64,000 nucleotides of DNA, taken from the NCBI RefSeq assembly GCF_023055435.1, contig NW_025964334.1:46066001-46130000 (forward strand). Reading direction: 5' to 3'. The notes under the pieces are model-generated. The model had not been told where the DNA came from and ran no database searches. It saw nothing but the letters and a program-made list of their open reading frames with translations. Made by a program: the position numbers and the translations under genes. This DNA is from Haliotis rufescens. Its lineage: Eukaryota. Shown here piece by piece: positions 37,770 through 51,101 of this stretch (position 1 is the first letter of the stretch; each line of letters opens with the position of its first letter).

Positions 37770-39491
37770 CCCCTCGCTTGATGAAGACACCTCTCTTCCT
37801 GCCCCCTCGCTTCATGAAGACACCTCTCACCCTGCCACTCGCTTAATGAAGACACCTGTCACCCTGCCCCCTCGCTTCATGAAGAAACCTGTCACCCTGC
37901 CCCCTCGCTTCATGAAGACACCTCTCACCCTGTCCCCTCGCCTAATGAAGACACCTCTCACCCTACCCCCTCGCCTAATGAAGACACCTGTCACCCTGCC
38001 CCCTCGCTTCATAAAGACACCTGTCACCCTGCCCCCTCGCTTCATGAAGATACCTATCACCCTGCCCGCACGCCTAATGAAGAAACCTGTCACCCTGCCC
38101 GCCCGCCTAATGAAGACACCTGTCACCCTGCCCGCCCGCCTAATGAAGACACCTGTCACCCTGCCCGCCCGCCTAATGAAGACACCTGTCACCCTGCCCG
38201 CCCGCCTATTGAAGACACCTGTCACCCTGACCCCTCGCTTCATGAAGACACCTGTCACCCTGCCCCCTCGCTTCATGAAGACACCTGTCACCCTGCCCCC
38301 TCGCTTCATGAAGATACCTATCACCCTGCCCGCCCGCCTAATGAAGACACCTGTCACCCTGCCCGCCCGCCTAATGAAGACACCTGTCACCCTCCCCGCC
38401 CGCCTAATGAAGACACCTGTCACCCTGCCCGCCCGCCTAATGAAGACACCCGTCACCCTGCCCGCCCGCCTAATGAAGACACCCGTCACCCTGCCCCCTT
38501 TCTTAATGAAGACACCTCTCACCCTGTCCCCTCGCTTAATGAAGATACCTCTCTTCCTGCCCCCTCGGTTCATGAAGACACCTGTCACCCTGCCACTCGC
38601 TTAATGAAGACACCTCTCACCTTGCCCCCTCGCTTCATGAAGACACCTGTCACCCTGCCCCCTCGCTTCATGAAGACACCTCTCACCCTGCCCCCTCGCT
38701 TCATGAAAACACCTCTCACCCTGCCCTCTCGATTCATGAAGACACCTCTCACCCTGCCCCCTCGCTTCATGAAAACACCTCTCACCCTGCCCGCCCGCCT
38801 AATGAAGACACCTGTCACCCTGCCCGCCCGCCTGATGAAGACACCTCTCACCCTGCCCCCTCGCTTCATGAAAACACCTCTCACCCTGCCCGCCCGCCTA
38901 ATGAAGACACCTGTCACCCTCCCCGCCCGCATAATGAAGACACCTGTCACCCTCCCCGCCCGCCTAATGAAGACACCTGTCACCCTGCCCGCCCGCCTAA
39001 TGAAGACACCTGTCACCCTGCCCACCCGCCTAATGAAGAAACCTGTCACCCTGTCCCCTCGCTTCATGAAGACACCTGTCACCCTGCCTCTCGCTTAATG
39101 AAGACACCTCTCACCTTGCCCCCTCGCTTCATGAAGACACCTCTCACCCTGCCCCCTCGCCAAATGAAGACACCTCTCACCCTGCCCCACGCTTCTTGAA
39201 GACACCTCTCACCATTCCCCCTCGCTTTTTGAAGACACCCGTCATCCTGCCCCTCGCTTCTTGAAGACACCTCTCACCCTGCCCCTCGCTTCTTGAAGAC
39301 ACCCGTCATCCTGCCCCTCGCTTCTTGAAGACACCTCTCACCCTGCCCCTCGCTTCTTGATGACACCCGTCATCCTCCCCCTCGCTTCTTGAAGACACCT
39401 CTCACCCTGCCCCTCGCTTCTTGAAGACACCTCTCACCCTGCCCCTCGCTTCTTGAAGACACCTCTCACCCTGCCCCTCGCTTCTTGAAGA
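37770..39491. repeat. 33-bp (late 32-bp) minisatellite, about 52 copies
   Basis: Unit atgaagacacctgtcaccctgcccgcccgccta or ...ccctcgcttc. The length is a multiple of 3, which explains the spurious MKTPVTLPARL ORFs. Confidence 0.96.
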
Positions 39492-39843
39492 CCGTCTCTT
39501 ATCCCGCCCCCCTCGCCACCCCTCATCAGGTTATCGCGTCTCACTGGCTGTAAATCGCCACACAGGTAGTTTATTGCGATTACTGTCGTGGGTCGATGAG
39601 GTACCTGACACCTAACGGGCAACCACTTACCTGTAGGAGGGGTGGGAGGGTAAGGTGGAGTGGAGTCGGTTGTGAGGGTAAGTGCTGGGGTTACCCGGGT
39701 GCTGTACAAGATGGCACCTGGGACTGACACAAACGTTTGATGGACACACGGGGTTTGTTTGTACGGGCTGCGATAAAGTCGATGAGAGACACGACAGCTC
39801 ACTTAATTAACCCTACATTTCTACAGACCTCACAAGGTAACAC

Positions 39844-42073
39844 ATTCGTTGATGGAAGACACTGACGCCAAAAAAACACAAGTGCTGCCACTGATACCCC
39901 AACAAACAACTACAGATGCTGCATTCGTTGATGGAAGACACTGACGCCAATAAAACATGGGTGCTGCCATTGACAGCCCAGGAACAGCTCTAGATGCTGC
40001 ACTCATTGATGGAAGACACTGACGCCAATAAAACACGGGTGCTGCCATTGACAGCCCAGGAAACAGCTCTAAATGCTGCATTTATTGATGGAAGACACTG
40101 ACGCCAATAAAACATGGGTGCTGCCATTGACAGCCTATGATGCAATTCTAGATGCTGCATTCGTTGATGGAAGACACTGACGCCAATAGAACACGGGTGC
40201 TGCCATTGATAGCCTATGATGCAATTCTAGATGCTGCATTCATTGATGGAAGACACTGACGCCAATAAAACATGGGTGCTGCCATTGACAGCCCAGGAAC
40301 AGCTCTAGATGCTGCACTCATTGATGGAAGACACTGACGCCAATAGAACACGGGTGCTGCCATTGACAGCCTATGATGCAATTCTAGATGCTGCATTCGT
40401 TGGTGGAAGACACTGACGCCAATAAAACATGGGTGCTGCCATTGACAGCCCAGGAACAGCTCTAGATGCTGCACTCATTGATGGAAGACACTGACGCCAA
40501 TAAAACATGGGTGCTGCCATTGACAGCCTATGATGCAATTCTAGATGCTGCATTCGTTGGTGGAAGACACTGACGCCAATAAAACATGGGTGCTGCCATT
40601 GACAGCCTATGATGCAATTCTAGATGCTGCATTCGTTGGTGGAAGACACTGACGCCAATAAAACACGGGTGCTGCCATTGACAGCCTATGATGCAATTCT
40701 AGATGCTGCATTCGTTGATGGAAGACACTGACGCCAATAAAACACGGATGCTGCCATTGACAGCCTATGATGCAATTCTAGATGCTGCATTCGTTGGTGG
40801 GTGACACTGACGCCAATAAAACACAAGTGCTGCCATTGACAGCCCAGGAAACAGCTCTAGATGCTGCACTCATTGATGGAAGACACTGAGGCCAATAAAA
40901 CACAAGTGCTGCCATTGACAGCCCAGGAAACAGCTCTAGATGCTGCACTCATTGATGGAAGACGCTGACGCCAATAAAACATTGGTGCTGCCATTGACGG
41001 CCCAACAAACAGCTCTAGATGCTGCATTCATTGATGGAAGACACTGACGACAATAAAACACAAGTGCTGCCATTGACACCCTAACAAACAGCTCTAGATG
41101 CTGCATTCATTGATGGAAGACACTGACGCCAATAAAACATGGGTGCTGCCATTGACAGCCTATGATGCAATTCTAGATGCTGCATTCGTTGGTGGAAGAC
41201 ACTGACGCCAATAAAACACGGGTGCTGCCATTGACAGCCTATGATGCAATTCTAGATGCTGCATTCATTGATGGAAGACACTGACGCCAATAAAACATGG
41301 GTGCTGCCATTGACAGCCTATGATGCAATTCTAGATGCTGCATTCTTTGGTGGAAGACACTGACGCCAATAAAACATGGGTGCTGCCATTGACAGCCCAG
41401 GAACAGCTCTAGATGCTGCACTCATTGATGGAAGACACTAACGCCAATAAAACACGGGTGCTGCCATTGACAGCCCAGGAAACAGCTCTAGATGCTGCAT
41501 TCATTGATGGAAGACGCTGAGGCCAATAAAACACAAGTGCTGCCATTGACAGCCCAGGAAACAACTCTAGATGCTGCATTCATTGATGGAAGACACTGAG
41601 GCCAATAAAACACAAGTGCTGCCATTGACAGCCCAGGAAACAACTCTAGATGCTGCACTCATTGATGGAAGACACTGAGGCCAATAAAACACAAGTGCTG
41701 CCATTGACAGCCCAGGAAACAGCTCTAGATGCTGCATTCATTGATGGAAGACGCTGACGCCAATAAAACATGGGTGCTGCCATTGACAGCCCAACAAACA
41801 GCTCTAGATGCTGCATTCATTGATGGAAGACACTGACGCCAATAAAACATGGGTGCTGCCATTGACAGCCCAACAAACAGCTCTAGATGCTGCATTCATT
41901 GATGGAAGACACTGACGCCAATAGAACACGGGTGCTGCCATTGACAGCCCAGGAAACAGCTCTAGATGCTGCATTCATTGATGGAAGACGCTGACGCCAA
42001 TAAAACATGGGTGCTGCCATTGACAGCCCAAGATACAGCTCTAGATGCTGCATTTATTGATGAAAGACACTGA
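39844..42073. repeat. 78/79-bp minisatellite, about 28 copies, with interchangeable internal block
   Basis: Unit gatgctgcattcattgatggaagacactgacgccaataaaacatgggtgctgccattgacagcc[caggaaacagc | tatgatgcaat | caacaaacagc]tcta. Confidence 0.97.
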
Positions 42074-42767
42074 GTGCTGGCCTTGGTCAGAGGACAACCC
42101 GCTATACCTTGAGCTCACGTGAACACTAGGTTCATATGACCTATAAATCCATAGTCTTCTGACTTAAATGGCACATGTGCCTCAATTTGCCATGGCTGGT
42201 AAGTGTTTAGTTGCATTTAAACCAGCCATGTCTGCACGTCAATTATAATTACAACTACCACATACCCGGCCCAAAAGACAAACTGATGCGTTCGTAAAAT
42301 ATCATTATTTTTGTGTCAAGTCAAGGGAAACGTCACTGCTCATTTCGACCTGTAGGAAGGGCTTCTCCACAGGGAAAGACTTGTAGGGCACACACGTCTT
42401 AATTAAACAAACCAGAATAAGAATCCAGCATACTGGTAATAAGGTTTTCATCTAAGACGCCAAGGTTGGGGAGAGGAAAATGTTTGCTTTGAAGCGGTGA
42501 CTGCATGAAAAACTATTCCTTCAGACCATCAACTTATTACGGACTCTGGTTGTTGGGTGAACTGGTTTTAACACCGTTTTGAAACAATGCTACAATACAA
42601 ATGTGTCGAATCGCATTTTCATTAATTTGGAATGTTTCGGGTGGATACCAGTTGAATAAAGATTAGAGAGACAATTTGTCGCATCAAGCTTCATTACTCC
42701 GGTTTCCAGAGGAAATCGAAACAAAGTACGCGCATTTTATGTTATAGTGTTTGTTTAACGCCGCACT

Positions 42768-42930
42768 GGGCAATATTCCTGCTATATGACAGCGGTCTGT
42801 AAATAATCGAGTCTAGACCCAGTGATTGACATCATGAACATCAATTTACACAGTTTGGGTACGATGACGTGCATCTACTAAGTCAGCGAGTCTGACCACT
42901 GGTTTGTCCCCTCTTACAAGCATGGATTGT
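42768..42930 (-). mobile_element. SINE-like dispersed repeat, 3' portion
   Basis: Reverse tail gcaggaatattgcccagtgcggcgttaaacaaaca resembles the tails of the other SINEs in the window. Confidence 0.65.
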
Positions 42931-44852
42931 ATGATGTAAGACGTGGTATTGTGGACTCCAAAGGAGTGCAGTCATATTTGAACTTCCGAAAAGAATGGGA
43001 GTCCGTCATCACCTATTAACGCACTGAAGCCTATTCTCTGTAGTAGAGGGATGCTGTTCAGGCTCTGGGTTCATTGAGCTACAAATGGGATGTTAACAAC
43101 CTATTCAGTCAAGACTCCAACACAGGGATCATTCTGTTGTTTATAAGGAAACAAGTGTTTATTCAGACAAAATGTACACACAATTCATTACATGGGGCCC
43201 ACAAAATAACAAATGTATCCCCAAACTATTACACAAACTTTATTAAAATATTTTAATTTCTTCATAAAATAGTGAGATGCATTTTGTTCTGATCTCGGTA
43301 AAAAAATCTCTCAGATCAGTGATAAAAGAGTAGGACAGTTTTCCTCACAACATGCAGAACCATAGTCCAAGGGCCTATACCTGTAATTAAGGCTTTCTAA
43401 AAGATATTTGTTTCCCCAAAACCCACCAGACCCTAAAATTGTCACTCCCTCCTGTTTGCAATTTATTTTTTAAAATACTGCTTTCAACTCAACTTCAGAG
43501 TTCAGCTGTCACAGAAGAAGATTTTTTTAGTGATTTGTAGGCTTCTTAAAAAAAATAAAATCCTCCCTCCCCGGTCAGCTTAAAAAAAAGTGCTACACAA
43601 ATTGTAGCTCACCTGGATATTTTGTCAACAGTTTAAAAAGTCAACAAAGAAATACACGTAACAAAAGTTGCTGTCATCATTGATAGCTATGTTTTCATAT
43701 TTTACAATATGGATGTCGTTTCAAACATCTTGAAAGAATGAAGGTGTAATCAATGGTTGGAGCAAGCATGAGAAGTTCCAGCTGCCCTGGACCCCTGGTT
43801 TCCTGGGAGGTGATGTTTACAATGTGTGGAAATACAGTCTGAGAGAATTTAGGAACATGGTCTAAGTGAAATCAGAGTGAAAAAATAAATATCAAGAAAA
43901 ACACATATATAAAAAACAATACTGGTACAGTAAACAATAATATAAACAGTGCATGTGCTTCCCTGCTGTTTCAATCTCATGGAATCAGATCTTTTACTAC
44001 CATACAATATCTCACTGTGTGAACATTTGAGAATAGGATGTGGTGTGGGGTAAACGGTCGAATCTGCCAGTCTGTGTCAAGGTTTCTACAAGAAAAGTTC
44101 CTGGTAAGAGAAAGCAAAAAAAATAAAAAATCAGACTAGCATATCTGATATCTGTATCTCCACTGCCACAATGGCCTGTAACATGGGAAGAATGGGTCTT
44201 ATGTATGGGGTATCTTTTGTTAAATTCAAAATCGCCTTAGAAAGCTGTCATCCGATTTGTTCAAAAACCCATGAATTCTTCAATCAAATTGGCATGTCTA
44301 AGTTTGCTGAGGGGTCACATGAATTGTTATAGGACAAAAAGATCTGATTTTGAGGATTTTGATTCTGTTGTTTAAACTTGTGACATGAAGACAATGAAGA
44401 TTTCCCCTGACACTGATGTTTTGTGACCTCCAACATATGAGAGAGGTGGCAGAGGGAGTGTGTGGGGGGGGTGGGGAACCCACCAGCTGGTATGCTCACA
44501 AAGTAAGGATCTTTACTTGGAAGGACTTGCCTTTCAAATCCGCTTTCAGCAGATCCGGGAATAAATAAGGGATTTAACTCTGCACAGTGAATTTATCAGC
44601 CTGATAATGGGAAAGGTGGGTGAGGGCGAGGGGTTGCATTGAGATTGGTCTTAGGACTATCATATATTGCTGACCCCCAAAAGTTTATGTAACATGCCCC
44701 CCACCCCCCTCCAATATACATGTAACCATGACACCCCCATTCCAATAATAAATGACCAGTCCCTAACAGAAGTAACCATGTGTACATTTACTGCCAAAGA
44801 ATAAACAATTACCTACTTTCAACTTTCAACAGACAAAGTGGGGGACACAAGG

Positions 44853-44900
44853 GGTGAGTGAGTGAGTGAGTGAGTGAGGTTTTCCGCCGCTTTTAGCAAC
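44853..44900 (-). mobile_element. SINE tail remnant
   Basis: (gtga)n followed by ttttccgccgcttttagcaa, the reverse complement of the 31355-family tail. Confidence 0.75.
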
Positions 44901-46000
44901 AGACTGACCTTAGTGATATGCCTATCAGAGTACAAAATACAAAAAAAAACATATTTAGTTTCACAAATGTATTTATATTATATTTTTAGTCTAAAAATGT
45001 AAGCATAAAATTGGTAAAACCACATAACAAAAAAGTTGTTACAGGAGCTAAACATTAGAGTAAGCTGCATGTCCTGCTGACTGAAGTTGGGGCAGTTCAC
45101 AGCAGGCCCTGCCTCCGACACATTTGCAAGAATCTTTTTCAAAAGCCACTCTTCATCACTATCAAGGAATACCTCAACATCTTTCTACACACAAAACAAA
45201 TCAAATAAACAAAAAATCAACAGTGAAACTATGAAACATTCTCACCAGTGCATCATTCAACAAATAAATAAAAGTTGCGTGCTTTTATCGCTACGCGTGA
45301 TCAATTACATAAACATCTTACATGAAACAGTGAACATAAAACATCAACACTATCATTAACATGATTCAGAGAAATATTCCAGCTATATGGCTGAGAAAAT
45401 AGCATAAGGAGTATTCTTTATGAAAACCCTTTAAGCATGAGGATTCCTGCATCCTGTGAAATCCTGATACACTGCAGGTCACAACACCATGGAACACCAT
45501 CGCGAACACGTCACCTGCTCACTAGGCAGTAGTGCAATACACTCCCTCAATACATGTCACAATATTAACCTACAAGACCAAACCATATACCCACATGATA
45601 TTTTTAAACATGTTTACATGAATTTTGAGTAACCAGATTCAGGAAGTGCTTCATCTGTCATCTTCCTTCTACAGACGTATAGAGACTTTAGTGAACACCT
45701 GATACATCAGGGTCAGGCTTTACAAAGCCATCTTAGCACTAAGTCTGATACCAACAGGGAGTTGCAACTGTTAGGAGCCCTCAAGTAGCTTTGTGGGACA
45801 GGACCATGCTAGCTTATACTGTTTTGTATAGTTTTGGCAAGACGCTCTGGTACTATCTCCAACTCTCGCTATAATAACTCTGACTTATAATTCAAACATT
45901 CTTAATACATCTTTTATAGTGATAAAAGTATACCAATATCATTGGCCATGACACCAGTGTCCTCGTGTGACCCTGACTAGATATCCTTAGGTGATGTTTG

Positions 46001-46409
46001 TAGTGGTGTAACGATACAGCGATACGAGACCCATGATACAATACAGCGATTTACCACCCCTGTATTGCGATACATACGATACATTTTATTACAAATTATA
46101 TTGGAATAAAAACATGTTAATAATAACAGAACCTGTTCAACCACCAGCTGTCGCAGTCTCTAGTATTTCATGGCTGGACATAAATAGCATAACATTCACA
46201 GTGCCCTCTACCAATAAGATTCTGCCCTACAATATCCATCTTTGATCTCTGAAGTTTAATAACAAATGATTAAGGGTTGTGATTCACCTGCAAAATGACA
46301 GAATATCAACTTATGAAACACAAGTACTGTATCGGGACATGAATCGTATTGCACCCATAGTATCGGGATACATATCGTATTGGGACCCCACCATATCGAT
46401 ACACCTCTA
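46001..46409. mobile_element. Non-autonomous hAT-like DNA transposon (MITE) with 8-bp TSD
   Basis: TIRs TAGTGGTGTAACGATA / TATCGATACACCTCTA, subterminal CGATAC / GTATCG repeats, TSD gatgtttg at 45993-46000 and 46410-46417. Confidence 0.85.
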
Positions 46410-46580
46410 GATGTTTGTAACACATAGAAATAACATAACACTAACAATATAAACATGTATATCACTAACAATATAAACATGTTATATTGAAACAAAAACA
46501 GGACATACCATGGCACACAGGTATGAATGCCTCTATAACCTAACAAGCATTCCCAGTTGAACATATGCAAATATACTGCA

Positions 46581-46676
46581 AATGGGCTTCACACATTGTA
46601 CCAATGTCGGGAATCGAACCCGGGTCTTCGGCATGACGAGCAAACGCTTTGACAACTAGGCTACCAGAATGCCCCT
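46581..46676 (-). mobile_element. tRNA-derived SINE 5' half (31355 family); smaller remnants at about 47205-47260 and 49480-49582
   Basis: gggaatcgaacccggg (reverse B box) and actaggctacc (reverse A box). Confidence 0.8.
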
Positions 46677-47509
46677 GAGAGCACAATTGTTGTTAAACAT
46701 AAGTTTTATTCAGCTAGGCATGTTCTTATCTCAGGAAATCAAATATGGCTATATTGGCAGGCTAATGGGAGATGCCACTGGTCACCTCAGGGCAGACTAG
46801 TTTTTCTAAGTGATCACAACATTACAACTGTCATAACTATCTTCCTTTCATTTTCAGCCCTGCATATTAAGGCATGACTGATGATTGGTCACGGACTAAG
46901 TCGATAAACCAATTGGGATCACACTGTGAGTCAGCATTAAAACAAACACACACAAACTGTCTACATCTTCGGGGGTGCACACCATGAATTAACAACAAAT
47001 ATTGTACATTATTGTATGTAACATTTTGAAAACAAGGTGGACATAAAATGTTTGGACGTATGTCGACATTTTACAAATGTTTATACAATGTTATATGATG
47101 TCCAAGACATGTACAGATCAGAGAACATTACATCAATACTTCTACAATGTCGGATATATACCTCTTGGGGAGAAAATAGCATGAAGACTACTGGTATTTA
47201 AAGCTGTGTCTTCAGCTTGACAAGCGAACGTTTTAACCACTAGGCTACCCGACCACCCCTGAAGCAGAACAGAACATCCTTCATCTCAATGAATGTTTTG
47301 TCATCAACACAAAAATCTGACTTGAAATTTCACTTGTGAGTTTGACTGCCTGTGATTTCCTTGTTAGTAATATTGTCATAGACAACACAAATATTCCAGA
47401 TAAAGTATACAGATCGCTGCCACTGACAATAAAGGGCAAGTACAATGTGCAGATGCAAACATTTGAAATACATATCTTGTGCAGAAAAACATGCACCCAA
47501 ATGCTACTC

Positions 47510-47937
47510 CAGAGCTCCAGATAACTTTTTGAGCTATTGAGTTTTTACTCTAGGGTTTCTATTTTAATTGGGTTATTACCTTTTTCATTGGGTAAACAAT
47601 ATTTTTCACTCATCTATTCATAACTCTATTGGGATTTTCCCCCAAAGAGTGAACATTTTAAGATTAAAAAAAAATGAAATGTTTTAGATGTATATAACCA
47701 TGATAACTGTTCTAAAGATAAAGGCTTGACTCGGAAAGTAAATTAGCTCGTAATTGTGTTTTGGAAATTAGCTCCTTTCTATGCATGCTGAAAAAGCTTC
47801 ATTGGGAATTTGTCTTTATACATTTGAGTTTTTCATTTAATGCATTAGTTTCTGTACACAAGTTAATTGAAAGTAATTGGGATTTGAATATTTTGGGGGG
47901 GTATTTTACGCAAATATGCTGCTCATCTGAAGCTCTG
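47510..47937. mobile_element. MITE with about 14-bp TIRs and 5-bp TSD, just downstream of the ISYNA1 stop
   Basis: CAGAGCTCCAGATA ... TCATCTGAAGCTCTG, flanked on both sides by tactc. Confidence 0.7.
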
Positions 47938-48162
47938 TACTCATTAAAAAGGATACGCTTTTTGTATAATTGTAAACATAAATACTGCAATGATGGCATG
48001 GTTGAACACTGCTATCCTGCTCCTGGTTATGTACTTCATGAGATGTTGTGCATGCATACAGCATCTATTATCAACACGAAAAGTAAAGTGATACAAATGT
48101 TGGTTACAGTGTTCTAAAAAACATGGTGTTAACAATAGTTTTCTTTTGTAAAATGCTTATGA

Positions 48163-48774
48163 TTATTTTTCTCCCTCGTCACTGCTAGCTTTCTCCCCGT
48201 TTGTAACAGTGGTATGTGAGAATCCGTTCAGTTGATCTCGAGCCTTCAGTTTCATGGACGCCAAGTTTGAATAAGGGGAGGCAACTATGGGTGGCGCAGG
48301 GATGTGTTCATGTTTGCATTCCAGCAACATGTTGTTGACTGGGGACAGTCCTATACAAGCTCGAAAGATGTTCTCAATACAAGCTCTCTGTCGGAACAAT
48401 GCGTTCACCACGGGCGTTCCTCGAGGCACAAGCGGGGCCTTGCATAGAAAACTGAGGATGGAAAGAACTGCATTGAAGTTCTGGAATTCCATCTGTCCTT
48501 CTACTTTGAATTGGATACGTTCACATATTTCTGCCATAACAATGAGGTCAATGATGAGAGGCGAGGCAAGCAGCGAGTCTTCGCAGGTATTGTGGATGAC
48601 AATGGTGTTGGTGCCGCCCATCATGATTTCGGAGGTGTATTCATCCATTGCCCGCTTGCTGTCTCCCACGTAGGGCACATACTTGATGACGACGGTGTGG
48701 TCCGGCTTCTCCTGTTCGTCATACAGAAGATGGTTGGACTGCACCATGTCGTCAACAACGTTGCTCTTGGAGAT
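48163..48774 (-). CDS. ISYNA1: Inositol-3-phosphate synthase, coding exon 3 (to stop)
   Basis: Acceptor ttccag|ATC; [11 protein letters not shown]...[18 protein letters not shown]...[17 protein letters not shown]...KAPLVP are canonical MIPS C-terminal motifs; 612 nt. Confidence 0.96.
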   Translation of the reverse strand: MSKSNVVDDMVQSNHLLYDEQEKPDHTVVIKYVPYVGDSKRAMDEYTSEIMMGGTNTIVIHNTCEDSLLASPLIIDLIVMAEICERIQFKVEGQMEFQNFNAVLSILSFLCKAPLVPRGTPVVNALFRQRACIENIFRACIGLSPVNNMLLECKHEHIPAPPIVASPYSNLASMKLKARDQLNGFSHTTVTNGEKASSDEGEK

Positions 48775-49237
48775 CTGGAACATATGGATAAAATGGGAGA
48801 GTGAGTGACCGAGGCAGAGCTGCCCAATTCTGTTTTTCTATCATACATCATAATGCGCTTCCTAACACTACTGCACCCTCCAGTCAGTCCCCTTCATCTC
48901 GGCACCTCCAGCATCCCCCATACATGCAGCCCATGCAAGAAGGAAGCTGTTATGTTGCATTATAGCCTAACTAAATAGAATTGACACTAAACCGCACACG
49001 TTATCAGAAATGAGCGGGCCACTGTAATAGGGCCATTATCCCGCCCTTGTTAGGTGACGTCACAGGATAGGGATAGGTGACGTCAAGTTCAATATTGACG
49101 TCATCTGGTTTGTTCTCTGACATTTCCATATTTGTAAAAGTGGGTCAGTGATATTCGTGTTGATTGCAGTAAATGTTTCCAAACCGATATTGTTGCTTCT
49201 TTTTATCTTATAACAAATTCCATCCATTTTAGCTATA

Positions 49238-49377
49238 ATAAGGGTAACGCTATTTTTCAGGGCGTTATCATTTGCAGAAACCCTGGGTCTTTTCAACCGC
49301 CCTCCTTCGTCGGGCAGTTAATGAACACCTCAGGCTTCTGCAGATGATAATGCCCTGAAAAATAGCGTTATCCTTAT
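49238..49377. mobile_element. Short palindromic MITE-like element (about 42-bp inverted repeats) in an ISYNA1 intron
   Basis: ataagggtaacgctatttttcagggcgttatcatttgcagaa ... ttctgcagatgataatgccctgaaaaatagcgttatccttat. Confidence 0.8.
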
Positions 49378-50183
49378 ATTAGGCTATGCCCAAATCTAAT
49401 ATGAGGGTTTATTATCCATAGAGGAACATCCCATGAGGAATATATTTGCCATGAAACTGAATGAGGTTTAGCAGGATTCAAGCTATATGGACGCAGGAGA
49501 CACACACTATCCATGGTCCAGGTGCCAAACCAGGGTTTTCAGTGCGACGAGGCAATGCTTCAACCCTGGGGCTACCCCACCTGAATCAACACAAGCATCA
49601 CATGTGTGGTCCAGAACAGCCATTCAACTCCCACGGATGTCCACCTAAACATGTCAGTTAAATAGAGTGTAACAAATTTTCGTGGCAGGATGCAAATATT
49701 GTGTCATGCATCGGTAGATATACAATATGGTAGGTTTTTCCTTCATGAATTTACTGTCAGAATGTAATCACATGGTCACAAGATGAATCATTACATCTCT
49801 GCCCTTACATGACCTCCTATTAAAATCAAGGCCATTCTGACCGGCATACAAAACTTTCTGGTCATAATATATATACAAGTCTGATACCCAAATCATTAAA
49901 TCAATAAAGACATTTCCCAAGTCAATACAAAAACAGGAAATGTGATCTCGTGGTCTCCCAACATGACAATGTCTGTCAGTGTACATCATCTATGGGGTCG
50001 ACCATTTGATATTCAGGGACTGGGGCTTATGTGAAAAACATTATTAATTCCAGAAAATGTTACAAACTAAATAATTTGGCCTCCAGTTTATCCAAAAAAA
50101 TAATTGTTTGGGGTAAATAAATGTGACAATTTATTTCTTTTTCTATCAACAACCCCAGTTTCTTCCTTCCCACATTGTCAGTC

Positions 50184-50473
50184 CCTGAATGTCAGGGTAA
50201 GCATGAACTATTACCTCTTTAGACCCGAATATCAGGGTAAGCATGAACTATTACCTCTTTAGACCTGAATGTCAGGGTAAGCATGAACTATTACCTCTTG
50301 AGACCTGGATGTCAGGGTAAGCATGAACTATTACCTCTTGAGACCTGGATGTCAGGGTAAGCATGAACTATTACCTCTTGAGACCTGGATGTCAGGGTAA
50401 GCATGAACTATTACCTCTTTAGACCCGAATGTCAGGATAAGCATGAACTATTACCTCTTTAGACCTGAATGTC
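50184..50473. repeat. 40-bp tandem repeat x7 containing the ISYNA1 exon/intron junction
   Basis: Unit cctgaatgtcagggtaagcatgaactattacctctttaga; each copy carries minus-strand AAGAG|GTAATAG. Confidence 0.97.
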
Positions 50474-51101
50474 TCTGGAGCTGACAGGTTCTTGCCGTCG
50501 TTGTTTCCCAGATGGTTGTAGCTGACGATCGAGACAGGTTTAATCCCTGCACTCACCAAGAAGTCAACCAACACTGACTTGAGCTTTGTCTGACCAGACT
50601 TAAAGTCATCTCCTGCAATATAAACCCTCTTCTTCTCCGCCAGCTCTAGCACCCCCGGGACAAAAGTGTTCTGTGGGGAGCCATTGATGTAGGTCACACC
50701 TTCTAAGATGGATGCCACAGCAAAGAGAGTGGATGGGGAGATTTCACTGACGTCGTTCCTAATGCTGTTGAGGAGATTCTCTGTCGTGTCATTAAGACCT
50801 GGGCAGACGTCACAAAAACGCTCTGTGTTGGCTGTCCACAATATGATCACCTTATCAACTCCGCTACTGTCTTTGAAGCTTCGAATGTCCTGACGGATCT
50901 GGTCGACGAGTTCCTGTTTGGTACCTGAAAGGACATTGTCTGCACGGCCCTCCTGGTTGGCGGCAATGAAGTCTGGGATATAGATGGAGGGGCGGGGCTT
51001 GTACTTCTCCATATGTGGGCGAAGCTGTGTCTGAAGGTTGTAATCAAGGACCTTGGCTCGTGCCATGGCATCCCCTAAGTTCATAGAAGATATGTCCCAA
51101 C
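50455..51101 (-). CDS. ISYNA1: Inositol-3-phosphate synthase, coding exon 2
   Basis: Acceptor atacag|GT completes D-G-W-D-I-S. Motifs [45 protein letters not shown]. Donor GAG|GTAATA; 647 nt; phases consistent with neighbouring exons. Confidence 0.96.

Noticed and set aside
37693-39098. Long ORFs (303, 253, 165 and 164 aa) of MKTPVTLPARL type
   Set aside because: Products of a 33-bp repeat that is open on both strands; no unique domain or splice context.
39844-42073. CRISPR-like constant repeat with variable block
   Set aside because: The variable block has only three recurring states, there are no unique spacers or cas genes, and the context is eukaryotic. The same applies to the other arrays.
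43150-43250. Minus-strand AATAAA signals as a distal ISYNA1 poly(A) site
   Set aside because: About 5 kb from the stop codon in AT-rich DNA; not supportable without transcript data.
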